Origin: a virus
IMG/VR virus record: IMGVR_UViG_3300025584_000449
Location: 64,001-128,000 of that record
Length of the DNA stretch: 64,000 bases
Direction: 5' to 3' (one strand)
Shown here: in pieces, positions 35,413 to 45,106 of the stretch
How positions within the stretch are numbered: position 1 is the stretch's first letter
Layout: the number at the start of each line of letters is the position of its first letter
Program-made: the position numbers and the translations under genes
Notes under the pieces: generated by a model
The model's database searches: none
Seen by the model: only the letters and a program-made list of their open reading frames with translations
What the model was told of the DNA's origin: nothing

Positions 35413-35987
35413 TGGATCTTTTAAAAGAAAAATTATTAGAAAAATGTGCTGGATCTAAATGGGAATCTATAAAAAAGATTACCACACCTTTTATAACCGG
35501 CTTAGCTATGGCTAGTGCGATGGCTGTTATCGGTGGTGGAATTGCAGTAACCCAGCAATGGATTAATAAACAGCAAAAGGATCCAGCGTTTAAAAAAATG
35601 CTTGAGATACACCCTGAATTACAAGAAGAAGATAAAGCCGATGTTATGAAGTATTTTGATTCTTTATATCATTTTGCCCCATCAATGGCAAAAGATCCAT
35701 TAGCTGCTGGAGCCTACATTAGACAAACTCTAAGAATGGCGACACATGGTGGGCCCACTATTGACACTATTAAGACCGTTACTGATATTGAAAGTGGAAC
35801 AGGCGCCTCTAAACCAAATGCACTGCAGTCTTTATATATGGATCAGCTAAACACAGCTATGAAGGTACCAATGGACTCTGGATCATCTGCTCCTGCGTCT
35901 CCCGCAGTGTCTATAGTAGATAAAACAGAACTACAGACGGCATTTAATAACGCATTTGAGAATCACATGTTTTCTGGGAATCCTTAA
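35412..35987 (+). CDS. membrane-anchored head-assembly protein
   Basis: EKCAG leader then TM helix; head operon. Confidence 0.55.
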   Translation: MDLLKEKLLEKCAGSKWESIKKITTPFITGLAMASAMAVIGGGIAVTQQWINKQQKDPAFKKMLEIHPELQEEDKADVMKYFDSLYHFAPSMAKDPLAAGAYIRQTLRMATHGGPTIDTIKTVTDIESGTGASKPNALQSLYMDQLNTAMKVPMDSGSSAPASPAVSIVDKTELQTAFNNAFENHMFSGNP

Positions 35988-37720
35988 TGTATAAAATCAT
36001 AGAATATTGTTATGGCGATCATGACACTGAACCTTTTACTTTAGTAAGTTCTAGTAACATGCATAAGACAGCTTCTTATGCCTCCGAGATATTAGAATAT
36101 ATTAAATTAATAGAAAAGAAGATTGATAAAACTTATGCGTTAGTTAACGCATTAAGTGCTGGCGAATTCTATGGTTCCAATAGAAATGGTGACTACTTTC
36201 CTGAAAACGCTTTACAGGCGTATCATAAAACGTTTGAAGCAATGGGACATGTATACAAACACCATGTAAATAAAGATCCTCGTAAATCTTTTGGGAAAGT
36301 AGTGTTTTCTCACTATAATCCTAAGATGCACAGGGTAGAGTTAATCATCGAGCTAGACAATAGCCGTGCTTCTGATATTATAGAAAAAGCAAATAAGTCT
36401 ATCTCTGATGTTAAAGTATCTATGGGATGTAAGGTCCCATACGATGTTTGTTCTATTTGCGGAAATAAAGCAAAGAGAACAAGAGACTATTGTGAGCACT
36501 TAACAACTAAAATGGGCAAGATACTGGACGATGGACGAAGAGTCTATGCAGTAAACACTATGCCTAAATTTTTTGATTTAAGTGTTGTTACAATACCTGC
36601 TGATAGAACAGCAGGGTTCTTAGCTAAGGTTGCATCATCTGTCTCAATTGAGACAGAAGTAATACCTTCTGCAGTATTAGCAGAGCAGTTATTAAAAGAA
36701 GGTGACCTGGAGTCACAAGCTGAGATTAAAAAAGAAATAGTTGCAAAGATTGATGGGTTAAGTGAAGATCCAAAAAAATTAGTTTTAAAATCACAAAAAG
36801 CAATGCCAAAAGAATTGTTAGAAAAGTTGTCAGAGTATCCGATAAATGAGGTATACTCTACTTTAATGGGACTATGTATTTTCCCTAAAAAGGAAGACTT
36901 TATGAAGATAGCTTTATATTCTAATGGGCAAGATAAATTAGCAGAAGACCTTGGAAATACTATAGATTTTAACTTTGGTATTGAAGATCCTATTATGGCT
37001 TCTGATGTTTCATTAGATTTTTTTAATGAAAAAATAGCAGAACTATTAGAATCCGAAGTTCCTAACTTATCTTTAGCAAAACCTTATGTGATAGCACGTG
37101 CTTTAGAGACTCCTTCTATTAATAAAGAAGCTTCTTTAAAATTAGAAGATGTTTTAGAACAGCATAAAGTTGCAGAAATTAGTTATAACCCACAAGCAGC
37201 AGCAACACCAAGTAAGATCAAAAATATATTATTTGATCATACCCCTGATCCAACACTAACTCCTCACAAGAACCCTCTAGTTCCAATGGCTGTTTTAGGT
37301 GGGCTATATGCAGGATATGCGAAGATGTTTCATAAAGCATTTTCTCATGGAGGGGTAACAGAGTTAGTTGCAAAATACCCGTGGATAGTTCCACTTCTTG
37401 TAGGAGCCGGAACCGTGGGATCTTTAAAAGTACAAGATTCACTGTTTAAATCCGCTGGTGCTTTGATTCCTGCTATAATTTTTGCTGGTATACCCAGTAC
37501 TTATTTATATGCAGGAATACAAGAAGCAAAAGTAAGAAGAGGCGAACCTATATCAAAAACCCAGAATTTTGTACGAAAGCACCCACTTTTGAGTACATTG
37601 TTAACAACAGGAGCGATAAAAGGTACGCAACTTATTATGAAAAAAGCCAGCTTAATTTCCAGAATGGATCAGGATACGGTAACAAAACTGTATGATGAAT
37701 TAATTAAGGAGAAGAAATAA
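35987..37720 (+). CDS. prohead maturation protease (Caudoviricetes serine protease-like) with C-terminal TM region
   Basis: His (KHHVNKD), Ser (VSMG), CSICG..CEH insert, DLSVVTIPAD..A; precedes scaffolds and MCP. Confidence 0.7.
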   Translation: MYKIIEYCYGDHDTEPFTLVSSSNMHKTASYASEILEYIKLIEKKIDKTYALVNALSAGEFYGSNRNGDYFPENALQAYHKTFEAMGHVYKHHVNKDPRKSFGKVVFSHYNPKMHRVELIIELDNSRASDIIEKANKSISDVKVSMGCKVPYDVCSICGNKAKRTRDYCEHLTTKMGKILDDGRRVYAVNTMPKFFDLSVVTIPADRTAGFLAKVASSVSIETEVIPSAVLAEQLLKEGDLESQAEIKKEIVAKIDGLSEDPKKLVLKSQKAMPKELLEKLSEYPINEVYSTLMGLCIFPKKEDFMKIALYSNGQDKLAEDLGNTIDFNFGIEDPIMASDVSLDFFNEKIAELLESEVPNLSLAKPYVIARALETPSINKEASLKLEDVLEQHKVAEISYNPQAAATPSKIKNILFDHTPDPTLTPHKNPLVPMAVLGGLYAGYAKMFHKAFSHGGVTELVAKYPWIVPLLVGAGTVGSLKVQDSLFKSAGALIPAIIFAGIPSTYLYAGIQEAKVRRGEPISKTQNFVRKHPLLSTLLTTGAIKGTQLIMKKASLISRMDQDTVTKLYDELIKEKK

Positions 37721-38359
37721 ATGTCAACACATGGAAAAACCTTAGACGATATTCTAGCCGAGCTAGAGACCGAAAGTCAAGAGAAAACTGCTGAAGAGAA
37801 GTTAGCAGAGGGTCTTTCCGAGGATACGGTTGAAGAAGAAGTAATTGAGGAGTCAACTGAAGAAGACACTAAAGAGACACCAGAAGATGATGAAGAGAAG
37901 ACGGCAGAAGAGATTGATAAAGTAGCAGAAGAGATGGACGTTCAAGGACGCTCCTTCGCTCGTGCCTTTGTTGATGAGTTACAGAAAATAGCAGTTGGTA
38001 CTGGCCCGTATACTGGTAACAGTGCGGATACCCCAGCTTCAGCCAAGTCTGTAAATCACTTGTCAGTCGGAGAACTTCCTGAAGCAGGTAAAGTCGACGC
38101 AGTAATTGCAAAGTTAAAAGAACTGACTGCCGCAACAGAAGCTAGTGTACCTTCTATTGAAATTGATACTAATTCTCAACCCGCACCTCGTAAAGCTCCT
38201 GATGAAACAGCAGGAACTATTGCCGCAGATTCTGCCCTAGCAGTAACTCACCAAGCCGCTCTTCCGAGCTCAGCTGGTGGTGTAGATATGGGTAAGCAAG
38301 CTGCTGATGAAATAGTAAACACTATTTACGATACATTCTTCACTGAAGGAGAGGAATAA
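37721..38359 (+). CDS. acidic scaffolding-like protein
   Basis: Glu-rich; 6 K-x-A; C-terminal EIVNTIYDTFF. Confidence 0.6.
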   Translation: MSTHGKTLDDILAELETESQEKTAEEKLAEGLSEDTVEEEVIEESTEEDTKETPEDDEEKTAEEIDKVAEEMDVQGRSFARAFVDELQKIAVGTGPYTGNSADTPASAKSVNHLSVGELPEAGKVDAVIAKLKELTAATEASVPSIEIDTNSQPAPRKAPDETAGTIAADSALAVTHQAALPSSAGGVDMGKQAADEIVNTIYDTFFTEGEE

Positions 38360-38364
38360 AATTT

Positions 38365-38883
38365 ATGAGTAATATAATTGACGAAAGAGTAGAAATTATT
38401 TCTCAATATGCCGCTACTGCTGATGATCTATTAGCACAAGAATATGGTGAAGATTATGAGAAAGAAGATGTTGTTAAATTAGCCACATATATGTTAAATC
38501 ATGACATCGAAGCTGAAGAAGCTGAGGAAGTTGAAGAAACTACCAAAGAAGCAAGCTATGATATGGAGATTGAAAGACGCGAAGCTATCAGTGAGTATGT
38601 AAAGACTGCTTCTGCTCTCTTAACAGAAGAGCATGGCGAAGATTTTACTAATGATGATGTTGTTAAACTAGCTCAATACATGATCGAGTATGATGTCGAA
38701 GTTGAAGAAGAGGAAGCCGCTAAAGTAGCTTCTTACGAAGAAGCTGGACAGATCATGGCTAATGCTTTCTTAGCAGAGTTAAGCAAAGAAGCCGAAGAAG
38801 TTGAAGAGACCGAATCAGATAAAACAGCTGCCTATGAAATCGTAGAAAATTTATACGATAGCTTCTTTAATGAGGAAGAATAA
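38365..38883 (+). CDS. acidic scaffolding-like protein with two internal repeats
   Basis: 7 of 8 Lys are in K-x-A; C-terminal EIVENLYDSFF. Confidence 0.6.
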   Translation: MSNIIDERVEIISQYAATADDLLAQEYGEDYEKEDVVKLATYMLNHDIEAEEAEEVEETTKEASYDMEIERREAISEYVKTASALLTEEHGEDFTNDDVVKLAQYMIEYDVEVEEEEAAKVASYEEAGQIMANAFLAELSKEAEEVEETESDKTAAYEIVENLYDSFFNEEE

Positions 38884-38904
38884 CTTTTTTAATTCGGAGT
38901 AAAT

Positions 38905-39216
38905 ATGACCACGGATGATAAATTAAAATTAGCTGCCGATACTATTCGTGCCATACGTGATGAATTAGAGGAGTTGCAGATGGTTAAGTCTGCACAGGAA
39001 ACAGCTATAGAGCTGTATGAAAATGGCAGATTTCCTGCAGAACGAGCTATTCAGTTTATGCAGGAATACTCCGAGGGAAGTTCAGAGGAGTTAGAAATCG
39101 TTAAGAAGGCTATGGAGTTACAAAGCCAAGAGAGTTTTAGTTTTGGAACTCTTAGTGACAGAATTCAAGACGATGGGTCTCTGGACAATTTTACTCGGTG
39201 GTTGATTGAAGATTAA
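38905..39216 (+). CDS. scaffold-associated protein
   Basis: acidic; KLAA, KSAQ. Confidence 0.5.
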   Translation: MTTDDKLKLAADTIRAIRDELEELQMVKSAQETAIELYENGRFPAERAIQFMQEYSEGSSEELEIVKKAMELQSQESFSFGTLSDRIQDDGSLDNFTRWLIED

Positions 39217-39242
39217 ATATAACTTTTTAAGGAGAAAAGCAA

Positions 39243-39671
39243 ATGCTTAAGCTTTTAAGTAACTTAAATATTCTCCAGCGTGTTGAACTTACTATGCCTA
39301 ACTGGTCAGATACCACTCTTAAACAGGGTGCTTGGATTGGTCTTGGCGGTATTACCCCTGCTAGTAAGGGACTACTTGCCGCATATCCTATCTGGACAGA
39401 GTCTAATAGGAATAACACGTATGGATTTACACCCGATGCCGTTGCTACTGGAAAACTAACTTTACTAGTTGGTACTCACAGAGCAATGACTGACTGGGTA
39501 ACGACTTCAGGTATCTCAGTTGGCAGTCCGCTAGCAGTAGAGACAGATGGAACATTAGGTATCGGTACTATGGGAACACATAATATCGTTGCTTACTGTG
39601 AAGCTCTGACGACTAGCTACGTCTACATGGGTACAACTTATTCTAACGTAATAACCTACATCACTGCTTAA
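39243..39671 (+). CDS. putative capsid decoration/cement protein
   Basis: small beta-rich protein immediately upstream of MCP; AAGGAG RBS. Confidence 0.5.
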   Translation: MLKLLSNLNILQRVELTMPNWSDTTLKQGAWIGLGGITPASKGLLAAYPIWTESNRNNTYGFTPDAVATGKLTLLVGTHRAMTDWVTTSGISVGSPLAVETDGTLGIGTMGTHNIVAYCEALTTSYVYMGTTYSNVITYITA

Positions 39672-39682
39672 GGAGATAACTA

Positions 39683-40591
39683 ATGAGTAATATTTCAGCT
39701 AGCACTATTAATGAGCTGTTTATTCAGAAGCTAAATTCTCCTGATGGTATTGAGAAAGCAGCGTCTGAAGGTTCAGCGTTTATTCGCCAAAAGCTAAGAG
39801 AAGTTAGCTTTGCGCGTAAGATTATCCAGCCCGAGTATGTAACAAAGGCTGACTTGCAGAGATCAGTTAATCACGACGGTTTAGTGCGCATTGTTGATAT
39901 TGAGCCCGACTCAAAAGCAATGACAGTAAACTTCCGTGGTCAGCCTGATACGAACTACATCATGGGTGAGCGTTATGAGATTCCGTTCTATACAATCTCT
40001 AGTGATGATTTCCAGAAGACTGAGGAAGAGCTTCTAGCTTATGAAATGCCTCTAACTGAAATCATCGAGCGTAACTCTGTGAAAGATATTCAGAAAATTG
40101 AAGATACCTCGTTCTTGGCACAGGTTGAAGTAGCTATTACTGCTAGTTCACTGTCTGTCAGTGGTACTCTTACAAGTGGAGTAATTTCTAAGGATTCATT
40201 CCGTCAATTGTTTAACTTACTAGATGGTAACAACTTAAGAGCTGAGACCCTTCTAATGAGTACTGAGACCTTTAACCGTTTATTCCTATATGATGCAACA
40301 TCAGTTGGTGACGCGGTTGGTTCTGAGATTACAGTTAACGGATATACTTATGCTAGCTTGTTCGGTCGTAAGTTAATTGTTTCTAACAAAACAGACTTAC
40401 TACACAGTGGTACACAAGAGTATGTATATGTATTCGCCGCTCAGGAGTTCTTAGGTAACTTCTGTATCTTAAATGATACGAAGTTCTGGATTGAGAAGAA
40501 AAAGAATATTATCACATTCGCTGCTTATGAGGCAGTTGGAATGGGTATTGGTAATATTAATGGTTGCGGTAAGATGACCTTGTATCCGTAA
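39683..40591 (+). CDS. major capsid protein (HK97-fold expected)
   Basis: 302 aa at end of head operon, strong RBS, strong terminator downstream, EKAA near N-terminus. Confidence 0.75.
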   Translation: MSNISASTINELFIQKLNSPDGIEKAASEGSAFIRQKLREVSFARKIIQPEYVTKADLQRSVNHDGLVRIVDIEPDSKAMTVNFRGQPDTNYIMGERYEIPFYTISSDDFQKTEEELLAYEMPLTEIIERNSVKDIQKIEDTSFLAQVEVAITASSLSVSGTLTSGVISKDSFRQLFNLLDGNNLRAETLLMSTETFNRLFLYDATSVGDAVGSEITVNGYTYASLFGRKLIVSNKTDLLHSGTQEYVYVFAAQEFLGNFCILNDTKFWIEKKKNIITFAAYEAVGMGIGNINGCGKMTLYP

Positions 40592-40627
40592 ATATTAAGA
40601 CCGTTATAGTTACCGGACTTAATTTAG

Positions 40628-40659
40628 AGAGGGAGAGTGTAAAAGCTCTCCCTCTTTTT
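40628..40659 (+). terminator. intrinsic terminator after MCP
   Basis: AGAGGGAGAG/CTCTCCCTCT hairpin + T tract. Confidence 0.85.
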
Positions 40660-40668
40660 GTTTATATC

Positions 40669-40697
40669 TTGACAAACAGGCGTTTAAGTGTTATATT
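40669..40697 (+). promoter_or_regulatory. sigma70-type promoter
   Basis: TTGACA-17-TATATT. Confidence 0.7.
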
Positions 40698-40712
40698 TTA
40701 TATGGGGTTCTT

Positions 40713-40958
40713 ATGTTCGTTTATTTAGTTGAGTTAAAAAATGATATTCCAATAGTAGATAAAGATGCTGTAATAAATATTTTATTTATTGATAAATCTA
40801 ATAATTCTGCTATTGTGGGATCTGGTAAAAAATTAACTATATTTAAAGAAGAACTCAATGCAGAGGATGCAAGGAAACAATACAATAAAGAAACAAAGCC
40901 TAAGAAGGTACAGACTAAATCGATAATCTTAAAGTCTTCAGGAAAGTTTAATGGCTAA
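40713..40958 (+). CDS. hypothetical protein
   Basis: 81-aa ORF after promoter. Confidence 0.5.
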   Translation: MFVYLVELKNDIPIVDKDAVINILFIDKSNNSAIVGSGKKLTIFKEELNAEDARKQYNKETKPKKVQTKSIILKSSGKFNG

Positions 40959-41502
40959 AGGCGGTGAAAAAGCTCGGATTCGTTGGGGAAATACGAAGTA
41001 CTTACTATCTTCGTATCTTGGATGGCAATTCTTTGAATTTATTCCACCAGCTACTGAATTCCAGCCACCTCTAAGATATATATTAGAAGATGCTGAAATA
41101 GGAAGTACTGGAGTTACATCCAGCACTTTGACTTATAAAGCACCAACTAGTAATTTAGATTTTATATTAAATTCAAGCACTGTACTTCCTTATAAGTTTT
41201 CTTTATTAAATACTTACAATTACAGAGCTAATTTAGCATTCTTAGAAATTAAAGCTGTAACAAATATACCAAGCTATTTAGACGGCATTGACGTAAAATC
41301 TTATTCAGTTGTTTATGACATAGCATTTGAAAATAACTATGAATTAAGAGCTGTATCTGTTGTTGGAGCTGTTGGTAAAAGAATAGTTATTCCAGATACT
41401 TGTGACGGAGGAACTTACTTAGTACCAGAGTCCAACTGTGATGGAGGAACTTATTTAATCGAAGGCACTTGTGTCTGCGATGGAGGAACATATCTAATAT
41501 GA
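40951..41502 (+). CDS. virion protein with three C-terminal CDGGTYL repeats
   Basis: CDGGTYL x3 at 41401-41497. Confidence 0.55.
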   Translation: MAKGGEKARIRWGNTKYLLSSYLGWQFFEFIPPATEFQPPLRYILEDAEIGSTGVTSSTLTYKAPTSNLDFILNSSTVLPYKFSLLNTYNYRANLAFLEIKAVTNIPSYLDGIDVKSYSVVYDIAFENNYELRAVSVVGAVGKRIVIPDTCDGGTYLVPESNCDGGTYLIEGTCVCDGGTYLI

Positions 41503-41747
41503 GTATGAAAGTTAGAAGAGGATTAAATCAAGATCGTACCTCATTCTTAGCAGAAGAGGGCGAACCCTTATGGGATACAGATACTAAATGGTTTTATGTA
41601 GGTGACGGAGTAACCTATGGCGGAGTAAGAATAAGTCAATTACCGGATATAGTAACAATAGATTGTGGAACTGCAGCTTTAGATAAAGCTGGCTTTGATT
41701 GTGGAGTATACACAGATCAAGTCAGTATAAATTGTGGAGGAGCTTAA
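41499..41747 (+). CDS. short fibre-like protein (Mtd N-terminal-like domain)
   Basis: VRRG...LAEEGEPLWDTDTK.FYVGDG; start revised to MSMKVRRG. Confidence 0.65.
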   Translation: MSMKVRRGLNQDRTSFLAEEGEPLWDTDTKWFYVGDGVTYGGVRISQLPDIVTIDCGTAALDKAGFDCGVYTDQVSINCGGA

Positions 41748-43984
41748 TGGCTTTTCAAATTCGTAGAGGAACAAACGCACAAAGGTTAACACTAACATTA
41801 GCTGAGGGTGAGCCTTTTTGGACAACAGACACCGATAGTTATTTTGTTGGTGATGGATCAACTGCAGGCGGTAATGCTGTTACTGGAGCATTCGAGGCCC
41901 ATAATATAGCTAGCCACTCGGATACGACTGCTACTGGTGCAGAATTAGAAACACTTACTGACGGTAGTAATGCGGACTCGTTACACACGCACGCGGCTTC
42001 TAGCCCCGTAGAAGATACTATTTATAGTTCTGGGTGGAACGGTGATACAACTCACTCCCCTAGTCAGAATGCTGTATATGATAAAATAAATACAATGGAT
42101 ATTCTTATCTCAGGAAATACTTATAAGGAATTAGGTGGTCTTGGAGATGTTGTAATAGACACACCGGCAAATTATGAAGTTTTATCCTACAAAGCAGTCG
42201 GTGACCAATGGATAAATAGAACTGCTGCAGAAGCAGGATTCGCGACATTAGGTGGAGCTTTAACTGTAAGAAGAGTAGTATATACAAATGAAAGTGGGAA
42301 TTTACAAACTTCAGCGACTGTTACAGATACTGAAGTAGATTATTTAAACGGCGCAACATCAAATATACAAGATCAAATAGATGCGAACGTTAGCGGTATC
42401 GCAGTAAATACCGCAGCTAGTCACGCAGAGTCACATACGGTTGTGAGTCATTCCGACACAACGGCAACAGGGACCGAGTTAAACACTTTAACCGGATCTG
42501 GCGATACTTCTTTACATTATCATACTGCCGATAGAGCACGAGCAAATCATACTGGCACACAAGATCTTACAACAATCGTAACTAATAATGTTGATACTCC
42601 AGTTTATACAACTCTTAATGATTATATAAATACTCAATCTTCTTCTATTATTTCTGGTTGTTTATTAACTGATGCGGGTTCAGGAAATATTGATATTGCT
42701 GCTGGAACAGCATATTTAAAAACTACAGATAGTGACATAGGCCAACTAGTATCAATAGATTTTACTGGAAGATCAGGATTAAATATAGCAGACGATGGAA
42801 TACCACATTATATTTATTTAGATTATAATGCTGGGACGCCAATTGCTTCTGGTACAACTAATATATTTGATTTAGATTTACATACTACAATTCCAATAGG
42901 AACAGCACATAGAATTAATGGTAATGTTCATGTAACTAATATTCCTGCTAATTATAATGATATTGCCATGAAGTCAGCTTTTAGATTATTTGAACTTTAT
43001 GGCCGTAAACGCGCTAGTGGAATGATAACTGCTGAATCAGGAAATAGATACTTAACGATCTCTGCTGGAGTATTATATTTTGCACATCATAGAATAACTA
43101 CTGCTGCTATGGATACTACTGGTGCTGATACATTTGAACACTGGTATAATGATGGAGTATGGCAACATTCGTCACAATCAGTAATAGATAATTTACAGTA
43201 TAATGATTATGGTACAGGCTTAGCTACCTTGTCTAATAATCAATATGGAATCCATTGGGCATATCTACACGATGATGGTGAGTGTCATATAGTTTATGGA
43301 CAGGCCTCTAATACATTAGTAGAAGCAACCGAAGCGCAATTACCTGTTAATTTACCAACTAGTGTTACCGGTGGTGGAGTATTAATAGCTAAAATTATTG
43401 TAGAAAAAAGTGTGACTAATCTTTATAGTATAGGGTTTCCTTGGAGTATTGATATTCAATCAACTCCAGTTACAGTTCATAATAATTTAGGCGGTTTAAA
43501 CTCTGGAGATTACCAACACTTAACAGCTGCAGAATATGCAAATGTTCATGCCGAGTCTCACACAGTGGCTAGTCACTCTGACACTACTGCTACTGGAACT
43601 GAACTAGAAACTCTTACAGATGGAAGTAATGCAGATTCACTGCACACCCATCGAGGGTCTAAATCATTTACTATTAAGACACCTGCTGCAGCCGATGACA
43701 TGGAAGCGTTCTTCCATGATAGAGCCTATACAATTTCTAAAGTAATTGTAAGAGTACAAGGCGGTACTAACGTTGTTTGGAATCTTAAACACAATACTTC
43801 GTATACAGCCGGTAATGATGTATTTGGATCAAATAATACAACTACGTCTGGTACAAGTTACGGAACTCTTGCATCCTTTAGTGATGCTACAGTTCCTGCG
43901 GATTCGGCACTTTGGGTAGACTTAGTATCAACTTCTGGAGATCCTACCTGGATACATATTACAATATTTTATGAGGACGATTAA
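41747..43984 (+). CDS. tail/head fibre protein with Mtd N-terminal-like domain and His-rich repeats
   Basis: FQIRRGT...LAEGEPFWTTDT..FVGDG; SHSDTTATG.EL.TL repeat x3; start revised to 41747. Confidence 0.7.
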   Translation: MAFQIRRGTNAQRLTLTLAEGEPFWTTDTDSYFVGDGSTAGGNAVTGAFEAHNIASHSDTTATGAELETLTDGSNADSLHTHAASSPVEDTIYSSGWNGDTTHSPSQNAVYDKINTMDILISGNTYKELGGLGDVVIDTPANYEVLSYKAVGDQWINRTAAEAGFATLGGALTVRRVVYTNESGNLQTSATVTDTEVDYLNGATSNIQDQIDANVSGIAVNTAASHAESHTVVSHSDTTATGTELNTLTGSGDTSLHYHTADRARANHTGTQDLTTIVTNNVDTPVYTTLNDYINTQSSSIISGCLLTDAGSGNIDIAAGTAYLKTTDSDIGQLVSIDFTGRSGLNIADDGIPHYIYLDYNAGTPIASGTTNIFDLDLHTTIPIGTAHRINGNVHVTNIPANYNDIAMKSAFRLFELYGRKRASGMITAESGNRYLTISAGVLYFAHHRITTAAMDTTGADTFEHWYNDGVWQHSSQSVIDNLQYNDYGTGLATLSNNQYGIHWAYLHDDGECHIVYGQASNTLVEATEAQLPVNLPTSVTGGGVLIAKIIVEKSVTNLYSIGFPWSIDIQSTPVTVHNNLGGLNSGDYQHLTAAEYANVHAESHTVASHSDTTATGTELETLTDGSNADSLHTHRGSKSFTIKTPAAADDMEAFFHDRAYTISKVIVRVQGGTNVVWNLKHNTSYTAGNDVFGSNNTTTSGTSYGTLASFSDATVPADSALWVDLVSTSGDPTWIHITIFYEDD

Positions 43985-44736
43985 TGGCTTATACACCTAG
44001 TAATGGAGCAAACGCCAATGTGTCAGCTGACTGGGATGTAGACTCACTAACTGATTCTAGACATAATGCCGGGGCCGGGTATGGAGATGGAGTTTCGGTA
44101 TCTGGCTGGTATGATGAAGTAGGCGCTGGAGATGGATATTTTATGGGCCAAACTGGTCCAACGTATCGACCAACGTTTAATTTATCAGACTCTGATTATA
44201 ATGATCATAGTACTTTGACATGCGTAACTGACGGATTTAATGGCCCCTCTGATTTAAAATTATGGTCTACTGATGGATTTACTATACTCCATGTTGGGGA
44301 ACACGATGTCACTGGCGATGGCGGATATGCAGGAAAAAGAGATGGATCAAGCGAACAATCATATAACTGGAGAACTAACCAGGCTGTAATTTATGGTAAT
44401 AGCACTTTGGCATTTACTACTTGGACAGTTACTATAGAGACTCCACAGATATCAGTATTTAGAGTTAGGTTCAGTACTGCTACTGATGGATTACAAGTCT
44501 TTGAGGATGGAGTTGAAGCTGGAAGTGCTAGTACAAGTAGTATAACTGATATAGATATGTCAGCTGCGGTTCAACAAGTTTGTGCTGCGGAAAAAACTCA
44601 AACTGGAAAAACGGCTAGAATTGTTTTTTGGGATGGCGCTTTAACCGATGTAGAGATGGCAGCAGAGGTTGCTGCAGCAGATGCTGAGTATTTAAACCCA
44701 GTTACTGCAACTGGTCAGTTTATCTCAATTACTTGA
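43984..44736 (+). CDS. putative lectin/ConA-like receptor-binding protein
   Basis: beta-rich, ends I.FWDGALT..E as in LamG-type folds; follows fibre gene. Confidence 0.45.
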   Translation: MAYTPSNGANANVSADWDVDSLTDSRHNAGAGYGDGVSVSGWYDEVGAGDGYFMGQTGPTYRPTFNLSDSDYNDHSTLTCVTDGFNGPSDLKLWSTDGFTILHVGEHDVTGDGGYAGKRDGSSEQSYNWRTNQAVIYGNSTLAFTTWTVTIETPQISVFRVRFSTATDGLQVFEDGVEAGSASTSSITDIDMSAAVQQVCAAEKTQTGKTARIVFWDGALTDVEMAAEVAAADAEYLNPVTATGQFISIT

Positions 44737-44755
44737 TGAATAATAGGAGAAATGA

Positions 44756-45106
44756 ATGGCTACAACAACAGTCAATTTAAAAAGGAATGACACTAGACCG
44801 TATCTAGATGCTACACTTACTGACGAAGACGGAACTGTAGTAGATCTGGCCGGTGCTGGTGTAACATTCACTATGGTAGATGCTGCCTCAAGAACTTCTA
44901 TGAAAATAGAAAATGGCGAATGCACTATTTTAACTAGTGGTGGTGCAGATGGTAGAGTTAGGTATTCCTGGGCAGGAGCAGACACTAATACGGCTGGTGC
45001 ATATCTTGGTGAGTTTGAAGTTACCTTCGATGATACCTCAAAGCTGACTGTACCTACAACTGACATTCTAGTTATTAATATTTTGGAGGATTATAATGCC
45101 GACTAA
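44756..45106 (+). CDS. BppU N-terminal-like baseplate/fibre attachment protein
   Basis: LKRNDTRP.L..TL.D.DG..VDL.G..V.F; G.Y.GEFEV.F. Confidence 0.6.
   Translation: MATTTVNLKRNDTRPYLDATLTDEDGTVVDLAGAGVTFTMVDAASRTSMKIENGECTILTSGGADGRVRYSWAGADTNTAGAYLGEFEVTFDDTSKLTVPTTDILVINILEDYNAD

Noticed and set aside
41499-44736. Diversity-generating retroelement suggested by Mtd-like N-terminal domains
   Set aside because: No reverse transcriptase and no adenine-specific TR/VR repeat pair seen in the window.
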